NCBI RefSeq assembly: GCF_027921745.1 | Contig: NC_079239.1 | Coordinates: 2,418,001 to 2,482,000, forward strand | Length of the DNA stretch: 64,000 nt | Origin: Schizosaccharomyces osmophilus | Taxonomy: Eukaryota | Reading direction: 5' to 3' | In this document: one piece after another, positions 47,350-61,018 of the stretch | Position numbering within the stretch: position 1 is the first letter of the stretch | Layout of the letters: every line of letters begins with the position of its first letter | Program-made: the position numbers and the translations under genes | Notes under the pieces: generated by a model | Seen by the model: the letters and a program-made list of their open reading frames with translations, nothing else | Database searches by the model: none | What the model was told of the DNA's origin: nothing

Positions 47350-49755
47350 TTATTTTTCTTTCTTGGATAGCTCTTCTTCCATCAACTCAGCAAGATCTTC
47401 CAATCCCTCCGATTCATTTCCGTTATTGCTTTTCTGTTCTTGATCCGAGCTTTCTTTTACACCCTTTGCATCATTGAGCTTTTTGCGTTTTTCATCATCG
47501 GGTTTGGAAGGGGTTTCATCATCGTTTTTTCGTTTTTTCGAGTCTAATTCGTTCTCTGCCGGTGATGATGTCTCACCAATATCTATAGGATTTCTAAAAC
47601 AGTTAGTAAATGAGACGAAAACATTCAGGCAATTGACAACTTACTCTTCATTATCATCGCCATCGCTCAAATCTCCTAATGCATCTTCAACATCACGATC
47701 GGCTTCGTTCCAATCAATGTCGTCTAGCTCACGTTCATTAATTTCGTATGTTCTCTGCTCATCATTCGAATCTGAAGAGTAGTAATGATCAGATAGTGCC
47801 CTGTCTGGAAGATCATAACTAGGATACAGCAAATAGTTCGACTCCGAAAGACGTTCCCACGCTGAAATTGATTCAGTAAGCCAATTTAGTTTGACAACTC
47901 GAACATTGCCAATGTTTATTGCCGTTTTCACCTTTTCGGTACGTACCTAAATGGTCAGTCAAATACATATCAAACAGTAATAGGAGAATATTGCATACCT
48001 TTGCCGCGATTAAGTGTGTTGGAGATTCGTCAAAGTCTATGACAATTTGTGCTCCAAATGTCATTGCCCATTTTGCGATATCGCTACTTAAAACATCTAT
48101 CCCTAGTGGGATAACTCCACTGAAGAGAATCCTACAGCCTTTTAGGACTTTGGATTTCATAGAAGGAATGATTTGTTCCACGTTAGCATGTATTTTTTTC
48201 GTCCGGTTTTCGTTTTTTGATTCTTCATCGTAATACACTCGATGAATCCTTGTTAGGACTTTTTCCAAATGAAGCAATTCTTTGTCCCCTCCATGTAGTA
48301 AAGAGTGATCACGCTCATCCTCCTCAAATAATGCAATTTGCTGTTTCGCCAATGGGCGTTCTGATTTTTGCAACTGTAAAGCAGTAAACCTCTCCTTGTT
48401 TTGTTCCTCCAAAGCTTGCTTATCTTGCAAAAAAGTTTCTTTTAAAAGAGTTCGTTCTGGAATTGTTGAAGAAGTCTGTGATGAAGAAGAAGAATCAGGC
48501 AAGACAGCATCTTGATTGGTGTTCACGTCTACACTTTCCTCCTGTTCATGTGAAGTCTCAATAGGTGGATTATTCTCTTGTTCAGGAAGAGGGGTGGGTT
48601 TAGCAAGGAAATTACTGTTAATATCCCCAATTCCAACAAAAAATTCAAAAGGTACGACTTTAATGAGATTCGGATTCCAATCCCAGATGTCACCACGGTC
48701 ATCGATTATGACAACCATGCTAGTATCACAAGGAAATAGTCGTTGGAGACTCTTCTGAGTTAAACTTCCGCTATCATCACGGGACAGAACACGATCCTGA
48801 AATATTTTTCCTTCAGGATCAATAAGTTTAGCTATTTCTTTGGCGTACGCTTTCGTACCCATAGTATATATATGTAATTCATACATGCTACTAATTCGTG
48901 TCAGAAAGTCTTGCAAACCTGGTCGTAGCTTAATGTAATAACGAGACGAATATGTCCTAAAACCTTCCTGTAGATAAAATGATCGGACATCCTTTAGCAG
49001 ATGATAGTTCGCATTCGAAGGGTCGGACATCCACTCTCCAACAGTTGGATCGACTGTTGCGTGGATAATCGTTTGATCCAAATCAACAATAAGAGAGAGT
49101 CTTCGTTCATTACGCAGCCGGACCACATTTTGTTCTTCTATACGATTGGCCTCCTACATATTAAAGAGTTAATGTCCGTTTCTTTCTTTAGGATAAAAAT
49201 TATTATTGACTTACGTCCAAGCTTACAGTCAAACCGCCGGTATCGTGGGTCATACTGATATTTGCTCTTGCCATGTCAGAGTATCCCATGTAATCTTGGC
49301 TATTTATTGTTAGTATACCTTTCTTTAAAAAGAAAGTGAGCGTCAACATACCTGGTGATATTTTCTCCGCAAATCGCACACAACCCTCCGTAGTGGACTT
49401 CATGAGTACATGGCTCATGTAGTTTTGCTACTACTTTTCTTTAAGAAGAAAATGTCAGAAATTATGGATCACAGACGAAGCGCACATACAAATTATTGTT
49501 AAGTTGTTCATCATTATTTACTTCCCACTGAACTAATTCTCCTTCCACGGGACATTCAAACTGCTCAATAAATTCACGATCCACGTATTCTTCAGTGCCA
49601 TCATCCCGATCTTGCTTCACCTTTGTGAAAAACCGGTACAGCAGCAGTGGAGTATGCCTTTTCACGTAAGTACCTGCTGGTACTAGACATTTTGCAACTT
49701 CAATTGGATAATTGAGAGTGTTGGGTAGACGAATCGGTGTCAGTCGTTCCGGCAT
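47350..49755 (-). CDS. fcp1: RNA Pol II CTD phosphatase Fcp1, multi-exon
   Basis: DLDQT catalytic motif, KLRPGL, IIDDRGDIW, BRCT (WLTESISAW), acidic C-terminus. Confidence 0.95.
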
Positions 49756-50294
49756 AGGTATTGACTTCTATTTGGTATTTATTAAAAAAACTAATCACCT
49801 CATACAATGAGTAAAAATACAGTGTTTTAAGTCTTTTTATCTTGCTGTTGCATTCGTGACTTAATGGTGTTGCACAGATGAAACTAGTCACTATAGCAAA
49901 ATAACTTAGTATAATAATCGTCTTAAGGGTAAATTTGATATCCTTACGGTGATAACAATATTTACGATTAAATTTCCTGAAATTGAAAAGTACATATTAA
50001 TTAAAGGGACAGGCTTGGTTAATTATGCCAAGATTTCATTTAATATTAAAAAGAATGTTCTCGTGAATGAAATTCACAATGTGTAACAGAAACAGTAAGG
50101 TCAAAGGAAGTGTATTAATTCATAAACAAAGCCACGAATGTTTTCAACTGGGTGACTGTAGAATTTCAAGTATAAGTATCCTTAACTTAGCTGATGAGGC
50201 CTATTAAAATGGTAAATTCAAGAACATTGGAGACAAAGGACAGGAAGTCATGCTAACAACGCTCAGAAAAAAGTTCGGCCTATTGTACATACAA

Positions 50295-51241
50295 TTAAAC
50301 AATTCCTGCACTGTTACTACCCAAGTCTTGTACAGGTAAAGCATCTCGCTGATAATAAGCAGCCTCTGTAACAGAAATATAGTTAGGGATTGCATCCACT
50401 ACACGAGAAAGTTTGGTCTCTATCCATACAAGAAATCCCGCACGAGGTAGCAAGATATCAATATAAGCCAAAGAAAAGATAATAGAAAGAACAACGGCGG
50501 TTAAGTGTAAAACAACGCTCTCAGAAAAATCAAAAGGAAGTATCAAAATAGGGGCGGCAAGAGCCAAGACCATACGAACTAATTGTGGAATTGCCGATCT
50601 AAAAAAAAATTTCGTTAAATTTCAATAAAAAACAATATTAGTTGTACTTACACCTTGGGATGAAGGTCATAGAAAAGATTCATCAAGTACATTGTCAACA
50701 AAGAGAACGTCCATCCACTAAAACAAATGTTAGTCAATTTTCATTGGAGATATAAAACCAAAACTGATTGGGCTTAAAGGCAAGTTAACATACCTAATTC
50801 CAACGAAAACACTATCAGACTCAGAGACGTAACAAGCGATTAAAAAGGCGATTCCAGGAATAGCTTCCAAAAATCCAAAAAACATAGCAATAGTACATAA
50901 TGTGCCGTATCTTCTCTCAAAACGAGGCATTAAAAAGAATATACCGGCGAGACCGAAAAGGAACGTTAAAAACCCATGGTGAACTAATGGATAAGTGTTC
51001 AGCGTATGAACTACACAACAGTTAATACTAAAACAGGTAGTAGCCTTCACGTACGCCTAAATAGGGCGATATTGCTCACGCTTAAGCCAAAGTAGGAGGT
51101 GACAGGAAGAAAAACGTTTAGTATGCCACAGACGAATGTTATGAGTGCAACTGCAACAGTGAATAGAGGTATCTTTGTTAATAATAGATCCGCAAACTGT
51201 TGGAAGCCTCCTGTGACCTTATCTCCTAACTGGATTGCCAT
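50295..51241 (-). CDS. rbd4: Rhomboid-family intramembrane protease, multi-exon
   Basis: Multiple TM segments, FERRYGT, spliced G-I-S-G-W catalytic motif across the intron near 50722-50773, downstream His (LHLTA); name from synteny. Confidence 0.75.
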
Positions 51242-52041
51242 TTGGTTAAATTCGCTATAAAGTCTACTTGAGTATGAATAAGTAGAGTAATAGAAAGGTA
51301 ATTAATAAAAGAAGCTGATTTTTATTCTCGTGAATGAGTAAAACAACGTAAAATCACTTCAATGTTAGTTTACCAAGGTGGAACATGTAAGGAATTGGAC
51401 GTAGTGATGATTAACAGTTTCCTCAATACATACATTTTTTATACTTCATATTCTAAATACAATTGATTTCTAAAGTTAATAAAAGAAAACAAAAAGTTGT
51501 TGCTGACTTTTGACTAAAGACTCCATGATGCTTATCCCAATATCAAAGGTAAAGAAACTGAGTCATAATTGCTTTTAGGTACTACCAAAAGTCCATCGTG
51601 TGTCTTTTAGTATTCATTTTATTGTTTCTGAAAAGATTTGCTTCCTATGTACAATTTAAAAACTAGACGACTCCATCTTAAATATATTTTAGTATATACG
51701 CAGCATCATCCATAGATAAAATAAATAATCGAACCTTTTTCGTATCCTTTTTTGTGCATTTATTCTTTATAATGTAAGTTCTGTTCGCAAAGAAAGCTTG
51801 GTTCTGCAAATATAGTTGAACAAGATTGCTTTTACAAAATAAAACGCACGTACCATTTCCATTAAGAGTTTCAAGAACTATTTGCAAACGTACAGTTTGA
51901 AAAGGTATTCTTTATACGAGTAAATTGTGAACGCTCGGGGTTTAAATTATGGTCAATAAGAAAGGTAGTTGGGGATATTGAAAGGGCATTGGGGAGATTA
52001 CTAAGATCTTCAAGACTTATTTTATAAGAAATAGAAGATTA

Positions 52042-53085
52042 TCATGTATCTTCTGCAGATTCATCGAGAGAAATTATTAATGCATCATCTTCCAAGACTG
52101 GAATGAGCCATATAGATTCAGTCCAAAAAGGATCGTTTTTCTTAGGGATGTCTTTTGACTGAGTAGCTCTAGCATAATTAATAACGCGGATTGTACCATA
52201 AATGTCCAAATGGTATAGCTTTCGAATAGAGAATAGATCCCAGTTATGGATTGTTTTGCAATGTCGAAAGCATTCCTCGGGTTCTAATCGTTCCTCACAA
52301 AATACACATTTAGCGATAATTGGTTCTGCGTCCTCATCGTTTATACTAATAAAAAAAAGTTAGCAAAATCTCTTTAGTATATCTTAGTTCATGAGAAACT
52401 TACTCAGATACAGTTTCTGAGTCATTTTCGTCAGCCAGGAATTTGTCGGCACTGGAAGAAGCAAAGGGTTTTATAATGGAAGCATAATTTACGATGTAGT
52501 GCTCATCATATTTGGACGACTTTGAATTCAATCTGAAATGTCGCTTTCTGTACATGTGATCATAAAGGATGTCAGCGTTTGGAAAAGACGCAGAACAAAA
52601 AAGACAGCGAACTCTAAGCGAATTAGTAAAAATGATCCTTAGTAAAAAAAATAAAATCGGTAGACATACTCCTTTAATTCTTTTTTCATTTTGCTTAGAA
52701 ACAAGTCAAAATAAACAACGTTATCCGATAATCCAATGTTGAGTTCATGAACGTCAAAGCTATGTTCGAACCATTCTTCACGTGTGTATAAATGTTTTGA
52801 CCCACAAAAGAGACATTGAAATAATTTTTCCTTTCCGGCTGCTCTTTCCTTTTGTTGGACTTTTAAGACACGCTTTAAGGCGTCCGCTTGTGAGTTTTCA
52901 AGAAGCTCTTTTGGATTCTGTGCAAAAGATCTATTAGCTTCTAAATGAGAGAAGACTTCGGGAGCGCATAAAAAAGCATTTGAACTCAAAGCAGCCAAAG
53001 GGATATCATGAGGTGTGTCCAAGTGATGAATGAATTCCGTAGGGGAATACCCTTGTGATTTACAGCTAAAGGGACAAGAAAGCAT
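52042..53085 (-). CDS. C2H2 zinc-finger protein, ZNF277-like, 2 introns
   Basis: CLFC...HSFDVHELNIG, CLFC...HMYRKRH, CVFC...HCKTIH, IPVLEDDALI motifs; syntenic with SPAC19B12.07c. Confidence 0.78.
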
Positions 53086-53666
53086 TGAAGGCCAACCAAA
53101 AAGGAATCAACGGATGTTTGACACAGAACGCAACGAAGTAGAAATGGAAAATCGACCACGAAATCCACGGTATGTTTTACACGTCAAAAACCCCAAGTTT
53201 TTATGGAAAATTGTCCTTGGAAATGACACTGGAAAGCCAATCTTACGGGAAATCCTAGTACTTGTGCAAATTAGGTTGCAGGCGTGAATTGGGTCTCTTT
53301 GACAGTATCCAATGTAAAGTACCTAGGTTCGTATAGCTCGTTAAGATGAAATCTAGTTTAATTAGTAAAAATAATTTCGATACTGTTGTCTTTTCTCGTT
53401 TCAAGAGTTTTTTGGTTAAAATTGATGAATATTTGTTTACATAGCATTTAACGAAAATGAACGATTGCGCAGAAAATTTACCGCTCTACAACGCAATTTC
53501 GAATTCTCATGTCTCCACTTCTGTGAACAGGGAAAATGCAAAGCAAGCCTTTGCGATAGTAAAAACTGGGAATGGGCCAATGCCTTTTATAAGCCATTGT
53601 GATCCAAAACGTCCTTCATTACTTATAAAGATATTATCGAAATTCAATTGAAAAAGAAGGAAGGGC

Positions 53667-54779
53667 ATGGAGCTTATGGCACGCTTTATAGAGCGATATT
53701 TACATTTTGCTCCTTCAAATACAGAACCTCCAGGAACATTGATATGGTTTTTAGGACATTCTTACAAAAGTGAAGATGGTCGATGGCCGGAGAAATTTTT
53801 AGTAGACTCGTTTTCGCTGATTACAATTACTTATCGATCAGGAATTGAAGGTTTAGAAAATTTGGCTTCTGATGCTGGCTGGGGATGCATGATTCGATCT
53901 ACTCAAACGTTGCTAGCTAATAGTATTCGAAAGTTATATCCAGAAAAGCCTTTTTTTAGTATAGTGAATTTGTTTGCGGACGAACCAGCTGCTCCATTTT
54001 CAATTCATCAATTTGTGTCTATTGGAAAACAATCCTGTGACATTCCACCTGGGCAATGGTTTGGTCCGAGTGCTTCTAGTACATGTGTTTCGTAAGTTAT
54101 TCGATTGATATGTCTTCCAAAATTGAAAGGTTTTAATGTTTTCTTTGCTTGTTGCTAGTATTTTGTGTGCGATCATGCTATCTGCAGTTCAAGTCCTTTC
54201 ATGGAAGAATCTAAAGGTATATACGACTAACATATTTACAGACGACTTTGTGAACAATATGACGGCCTTGACTTAAATGTATACGTGGCCAAGAATGGTA
54301 CAAGTGTTTATCGAGATCAGCTCTTCCAAAATCCATTTCCTATACTACTTTTAATTCCTACGCGATTGGGCATTGATACTGTTAATGATATATATCATGA
54401 GCAAATTTTACGCGTTTTTGAAATTCCTTCGTTCGTTGGTATAACTGGTGGTCGGCCTAGATCTGCGCATTATTTTTATGCTCGACAAAACCAACAGCTT
54501 TTTTATCTTGATCCACATTGCACATATTCTGCCCATACAACAACTCAACCGGCCTCTGAGGATACATTCCACACAGCTAGTTTACGACGGATATCACTTC
54601 AGGAACTAGATCCGTGCATGGTTTTTGGGTTTCTCCTTAGAAATTCGGACGAAGCTGATGAATTTGAGCAACATCAGAAAAAAATCGCAGATATTGTACA
54701 ATATTTTGACGTTGAACCGAAACTTTTGGATTCTCAAGATGACTTTGTGATGGACGAAAACTTTGATGACTGCTTTTAA
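53667..54779 (+). CDS. atg4: Atg8-processing cysteine protease Atg4; intron 54092-54241
   Basis: SDAGWGCMIRS catalytic Cys, GQWFGPS, GGRPRSAHYF, YLDPH. Confidence 0.95.
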
Positions 54780-55690
54780 GGCTGCAAGATAAATTACTGA
54801 TGGCTAATGATTTTACTTAATGACCTACAATTATTTAGTTTTCTTATAGCTATGCCTTTGTAACTCGACGATGGTTGTCCTATGGAAAGCGTACTCCGGA
54901 TGAAGTATTGAAGATTTCCCTGACAAATAGAGAATCCAATAATTCTTCACAGATTAATGATTATACATTAAAGAAAAAATAACTTTATTGAAGAGCGTCT
55001 CCAACAACCTAATGTCTATAATGTCTGAAGTTTAACATCTCATCTTCGTATTTATAACGGATCGATTGGAATTTCACTCATAGGCAACTTAATATAATTA
55101 TTTATGAAAGCATAAAAAGGTTACTTTCGTACATCTGGAGATTATTAATTTATCAAGTTGTATATTATCTCATAGGCTGACTTTCCCATTAGTGAATAAG
55201 GCACAGGAAATTATTGAAGCGAGTACTTGCTTAAAATGGTACTCCAAATCTAAAAAGGTTCTTAAAGGGCTTATGAAATTGATTTCTGCGAACGCTTTTA
55301 GTGTCACTGGAGCTGATGCTTTCTTTACTTGTTTTGCTATGAGGAGGAACGAACTTTTACCAATGCACGAGCTGATCCTATGAATCAGTATAACCAATAT
55401 CTTGTTTTTTCAGTAATTGTTCAATTTTTGATCTTGATCTCGACAGCGTGTAGAGATGCTTGAGTCTTCTCTTGTAACCATCACCTTCCTTCCTTTGATT
55501 CTGTCATCGTCTATTTTGAGTAACACGTCTGTAACTTGAATGTTTCTTCTTGTACAATATTTCGCGTTTGTATACTCAACGCTTCCTATCAAGTCACGGT
55601 ATTTGCATTTAGTGAGTCGCAAAGCACATGCTAAAGTATTACGAGAAGAAATAAAGACAAGTATGAAATCTACTTCTTTTTATATCTGCT

Positions 55691-56125
55691 ATGCTTTTGA
55701 GTAACGAGCAGGTAAGTAGTTTTTTACTCAAGAGTCTGAAACTAATTTGTTACGTTTTGTAGTACCTGGCTCAACTAGCAGAGCACTTACAGCAGTTGGA
55801 AGGAAAAGGAGCTAGTTCCTTGTATTTGTCCCAAAAGAAAAGTATGAACTTGAAAGAACAAGAAGATGCATTCTGGTAGAAGACATGCTAATTGATATCC
55901 CTAGATCCAGCCTCTGGTGATGAACAGAATACCAAACCATCAATCTTACTTAGAGCTAAGAATGGAGCAAACTGGAAAATCTCGACAACTGTAGATGCCG
56001 AGAACTTTACAGAATTCTTTGGAAAATATACAGAGGTTTGCAAAGGTGGAATGATTGGGTTGAAGAAACGTGACCGAAAGAAAAACAAGAAGAAAAAGAA
56101 AGCACCTACAGCATCCACTGCATAA
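55691..56125 (+). CDS. srp14: Signal recognition particle subunit Srp14, 2 introns
   Basis: MLLSNEQ/YLAQLAEHL...SLYLSQKK/...ILLRAKNG..KISTTV...GLKKRDRKK. Confidence 0.9.
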
Positions 56126-56901
56126 AGTTAGTATGCGAGTTTCGCTAGGGATCTGATGATCCACCTATTTCTTGCTTTCTTTATTCTATTCTATACTACT
56201 CTATCGATAATGTCGACTGTTATTTATGAAATATAATTCTCAGGAAAATTCCTTTGCAGTAACAGCTTTCCAGCTTTTATACAGTAACCATTGGATTCTA
56301 TATTATCTTGTATCTGTTTACACTCTTCTGTTCGCTACCTATTCGTCTTTTCGTCTTGTTTTTTTCCCAAGAATCTTAGAACGTTCCCTTTTGTTGAAAC
56401 TCGGCATGTAAAGAAATGCGACGAAGCAAAATATAGTAGCTCTCCTATCTTTCTATTTTTGTTTGTCATTTCATCTTTTTTAGCTTTTTTGGCATACAAT
56501 AAAGATGTCTACGTTTGGTTGAAAATGCTTTGCTTCCATCCTCCTTACGGTGGGTATGAACTGACCGGTAGGGAGTAAATTGTTTTCACATCAGGTTTCT
56601 TTCTCATAGATTTCAAGTCTCCATCATGAAGCTTGTTCATTAATTGTTTACCTTCTTTACAATAGCTATTCTCATAGAATCCATCTACCTTCCTTTTCCT
56701 TTAGTGATCTACTTTCTACCTCGTTAATTGATACAAACGTAAAATTCATATTTGTGAAGATCATGCAGATCCTCCACACAATCCCTTTTCGTAACGATAT
56801 TGCTTATTCGTCTAAGAAATTCACATTTCTACCTTTGGCACCACCAGAAAACATCAATTTCGTAGAGCGGCTGCGGATATCATAGTTTAGTGGTCTTCTT
56901 T

Positions 56902-58405
56902 ATGAGTGTTGTTCAGCAATCAGAGACACCCTTATCCTACTCCGATCTTGCTACTCGTGCTAGCAATTTCTCCTTCAATGCGAACCTACCATTGAAAAAC
57001 TGGCTAAGAACATCACAGGCCATCTTAAAACAAGTATGTTGTTTTTTTACTGAAATCCAATTGCGTCTCAATTTTGCTTTTGTGCTGAAATGCTAACAAA
57101 CACCCGAATGGATTTAGGCTCATGTATATGTACTAGAAAAGGACTATTCCAATGGAGCATTTCTTTTGATACGTTATAGTGAGTTATTTTTAAAATGCCA
57201 GCAGCATCCAGAATCCCAAGGATACCGAAAACAGTTGTTTGAATACTTTCAGGTTTGTGTCTTTCTACAGTTGCTTCATCGCGCATTCAGAGGACTTGCA
57301 AGAAATTGACCATTATTGTCATAGATTGTTAAGAACGAGGTATTACAAGAGATTCAGCTTTTAAAGCCTTTGGTAGAAAAGCAATATGAAGAATATCAAA
57401 TGAGGCAAGCTTCAGTTCCACCGAAACAGGTAAAATCGTTACCTCAACCAAAGCGGCAAGTATCTCCTGTTTCTGAGCCGCAATTAGAACAATGGGCACT
57501 TTCTGAACTACAGATTCTTCCACGAGATGCATCCAATGAATTACTATCCAGTGTTTCATCATCTTCCTCTAGACCAATCTTTGATTATTCTTCTCTTCAA
57601 TCATCTTTGGATTCTTCTTATTCCACTCCAGTGCCCGAATCTCAGTCTTTGGTTAATTCCTCCAAACCATCAAATCATGCTTCTCTTCCTCAATCCCTAA
57701 GTCCCGAAGTGTCTTTGGATAATCAAACGGGTCACATTATTCCATATTCAGAACCCAAAAAGCCTCAAGGATCTTTCAAAATTCGTGCTTATACAGAAGG
57801 AGGGAAGCCATTGCGAACAGTTTATCTTCCAAAGTCTCTGAAATCAAAGTTCCTTCGAGTTGCCGAACTAAATACCAAGAAAAGATTGGAAACGTGTGGC
57901 ATTCTTTGTGGAAAGTTGAGGCAAAATGCGTTTTTTATCACGCAGCTTGTCATTCCTGCTCAGGAAGCTACAACAGATACATGTGGTACGACAGATGAAA
58001 CAGCGTTATTTGATTACCAGGATAAACATGACCTTTTGACGTTAGGTTGGATCCATACACATCCTACGCAGACATGCTTCATGAGTAGCGTTGATTTACA
58101 TACCCATTGCTCTTACCAGTTGATGCTCCCTGAAGCAATCGCCATTGTTATGTCTCCTTCAAAAACACCAGAGTAAGTATATTGATTTGTTTTAACTTTT
58201 TTCTACATGTTCAGCCTAAGCTAACACAGTTGTTTTTAGATCCGGTATGTTCCGTTTGCTTGATCCAAAAGGACTTGAAAAAATCATACACTGTCGAACA
58301 CCTGGCTTATTTCACATGCACGAAGGACAAGTTTATACAAAAATAAGCCAAAATGGACATATCAGAGAGATTGATGCCAGTGTAGAAATGGTGGACCTTC
58401 GTTAA
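56902..58405 (+). CDS. sst2: AMSH/STAMBP-type JAMM deubiquitinase Sst2, 3 introns
   Basis: N-terminal USP8-dimer-like region; [33 protein letters not shown] motif; ends VDLR*. Confidence 0.93.
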
Positions 58406-58900
58406 AAATTGAAAAGCAATTGCTTTTTTACCTTTTTCCTTTCTTTGTATTCTTTCCTTTTGTTATGGTATGAAATTGATATAATCGCTCTTCGCCTATG
58501 TTTCTTCTAATATTAATATTAATATTTTCCTGTCACACATCATATACTCAACTTGAGCTCAACTCTTTATTCTCATTGATTCAATAGATGAATACTGTAA
58601 TCTGAAACTTATAAAGGATTTGCGGATATGCCAAGAAGAATTCATTACTAAATTAAACCTAAATATGTACCAAAATCCAAAAACCTAAAAAGAAGAGAGT
58701 TTTAAATAGGGAAACTGATACCGAAAACACAACTCGATTTCAGGAACGTTTTGTAACTTTCCCCCAAAACGAGTAATGTCAAACGATATGAAACTGATGG
58801 ATAGAGAACCAACAGCAAAATGAAATCGAGCTTCTGCCATTGAGAAGCGCGAAGACTATAGCAGACCGTAACTAAAACATTAGCTCAATGCTATGATCCA

Positions 58901-59358
58901 TTAATCTGCCATGACTGCCTGGGGTTCCTTATTCTGATTCACATCGGAAGAAGTACCTGGTTTGGGATGAGCAATATTCACAGAAGCCTCTGCTTCTTCT
59001 TGTGAATATGCAGGCTCTTTTAAGTCTTTCAAACGACGTCTGTGAACTTTGGTTCGCTTGTGGAGACGCATCGCTTCATCAGTGGCAAAGTGACGAGCGC
59101 ATTCAACACAGTAATGCTGTCCCAAGCCAGGTAGGTCAGGATCTAGAGGCTTTTTTTCATGTTTTTCTGGCTCAACCAAGTCTTGGTGAATTTGATCCAA
59201 ATCTCTGTTCCTCTGTTAATACAATGTTCATCAATCAAGCGCCTAAGCGAATTGACAACACTCGGCGAACTAAACACTTACCTTCCGTACACACGAGTTC
59301 GGTAGAGATGGTGATTGCCATTGCTACGGTGTTTCCGTTTTGTCGAGTATCTGGTCAT
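58901..59358 (-). CDS. bud20: Pre-60S zinc-finger factor Bud20 (ZNF593), one intron
   Basis: MTRYSTKRKHR...YGR/DLDQIHQDL...DLPGLGQHYCVECARHF...HKRTKVHRRRLK..PAYSQEEAE. Confidence 0.92.
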
Positions 59359-61018
59359 CCTACCTTCAATTTTCAAGTAGTGGTTGGAAGACGCCAAGTT
59401 CTACCTCTAAACATTGAAATTTGTCTCACCGTTCAATCCTTATTCCATTTACCGAAGCAAACTAAAGTGCGTTATATGCTGTTATCTACCCAAGTAACAA
59501 TGTGTCAAATCCTTTGTTTACTAAAATGTAAACAAAACACAGCTGCCTGAAAGGCTTGCTTTTCTTCGTTGTTTAAATTATAGGATAGTAATTAGTATAT
59601 AAATAGCCTGTACTTAAAGATTCCAGGACATGTTGTATATCAGAAAGCAGATGGTGATTTTTTCGGTTGCTCTTGAAAGGATACCTGCACCATAATGAAT
59701 CAAATTTGACAGAATAATACTTTAGTTAGTGAGTTTTCTGTGGTTTATAGAAAAGGCTACTCTCTGCGAAGGGTTTCTTTTGCACTTTGTTTGATCAGAA
59801 TTTCAATACGTCGGAATACAGTAGTAAACAGTGAATGAACAAGGAAGTATTGAAAGCAGAAAGAGACTCGTAAGGTAGCTTAGGGACATTAAGAAACACT
59901 TTTCGACTTTACAGTCTGTCCAGCATTCACATGGACGGTTTCATTCTTTTTTTTATAAAACGTTTGTTGCTATACCTTTCGAACCTCATTTACAGCAGTA
60001 GCAAAGAACGAGTAGTTTTGTTTTCATGTAGGTATATTTATACATTAGCGTATAACGACATCCTTTCTTGACTTGCCTGAGAGCTCAGCTAGGATCCACT
60101 GTAGCTGAAATTCCATGATTTTTGATTGATTGGAATCTCTGTTCTATGTGATCTATAGAACATTTTTCTAATCTTCCTCAATGTATTTTATTTCTTTCCA
60201 TTTCTCTTAAAAACGACTTGCTTTCTGCGAAATTTCCGAAGAAAAATGCCCTACCCTTCCCATTGAGAAAGCTCATAAAGCCGTAGCGCTTCCAGTATGT
60301 TGTCCTTTGTCAAATATATACGGCCAAAGTTTACTGAAAACTTGTTAATCTGTCTTTTATTCTTGCATATTTACTAGTTATTAATAATCGAACAAATTTT
60401 CCGTACTTCAATCTGGATTCCCAAGCAGAAATTTCTTATTCTGTCTTGTCATTCTCATTTATGACTTACTAGCGCATACTAATTCGTCTTTTGTTTTAGG
60501 TATACGACTGCATTTTTACGTTTCGAGTGTTTCTCCTTTTTAATCTTTTAATTTATCTTTTGGGTTTTTTAGTTCTCAGGTCTTTTCGGTAATTTAAGGA
60601 TATTATTTTACTTCATTTATTCATTACTTTTCCCTTTATGACTTATTTATAATTTTTTTCACGTCCCCTCTTATATTAAACATATTTCACGTATTCCCTT
60701 TCCCTTCGTCTTTCTTCTTTTCGTTTCGGTTTTCTTTAAATTCCTCTTTCTTTTGACGCTTCTTTGGTGCAATTTTGATTGAAACATATTTTCTTGGTCA
60801 TCTTAAGTTATTCTTAATATCCGTAAACTTGACTTCTCTATTGAGCCATTTTTATTTATGCTTTATGTTTTGCAGATTATTTTGTATTCTATTCGATTTT
60901 GTGAAATAGGGAAATCTTACCGCTTTCTCGGTTCAATCCATATTTGATTTTTTGACGATTTTGTTACCATTGGCAAACCTTTTGTTTAATTTTTTTTTTT
61001 TTCATTCTTTTCTGCTGA

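Noticed and set aside
55170..55622. Two tandem minus-strand ORFs between atg4 and srp14, as a possible hidden gene
   Set aside because: No ATG start, no splice donor that joins them convincingly, no recognisable motif
59002..59550. 182-aa plus-strand ORF
   Set aside because: Antisense to bud20 exons and promoter; no motif support
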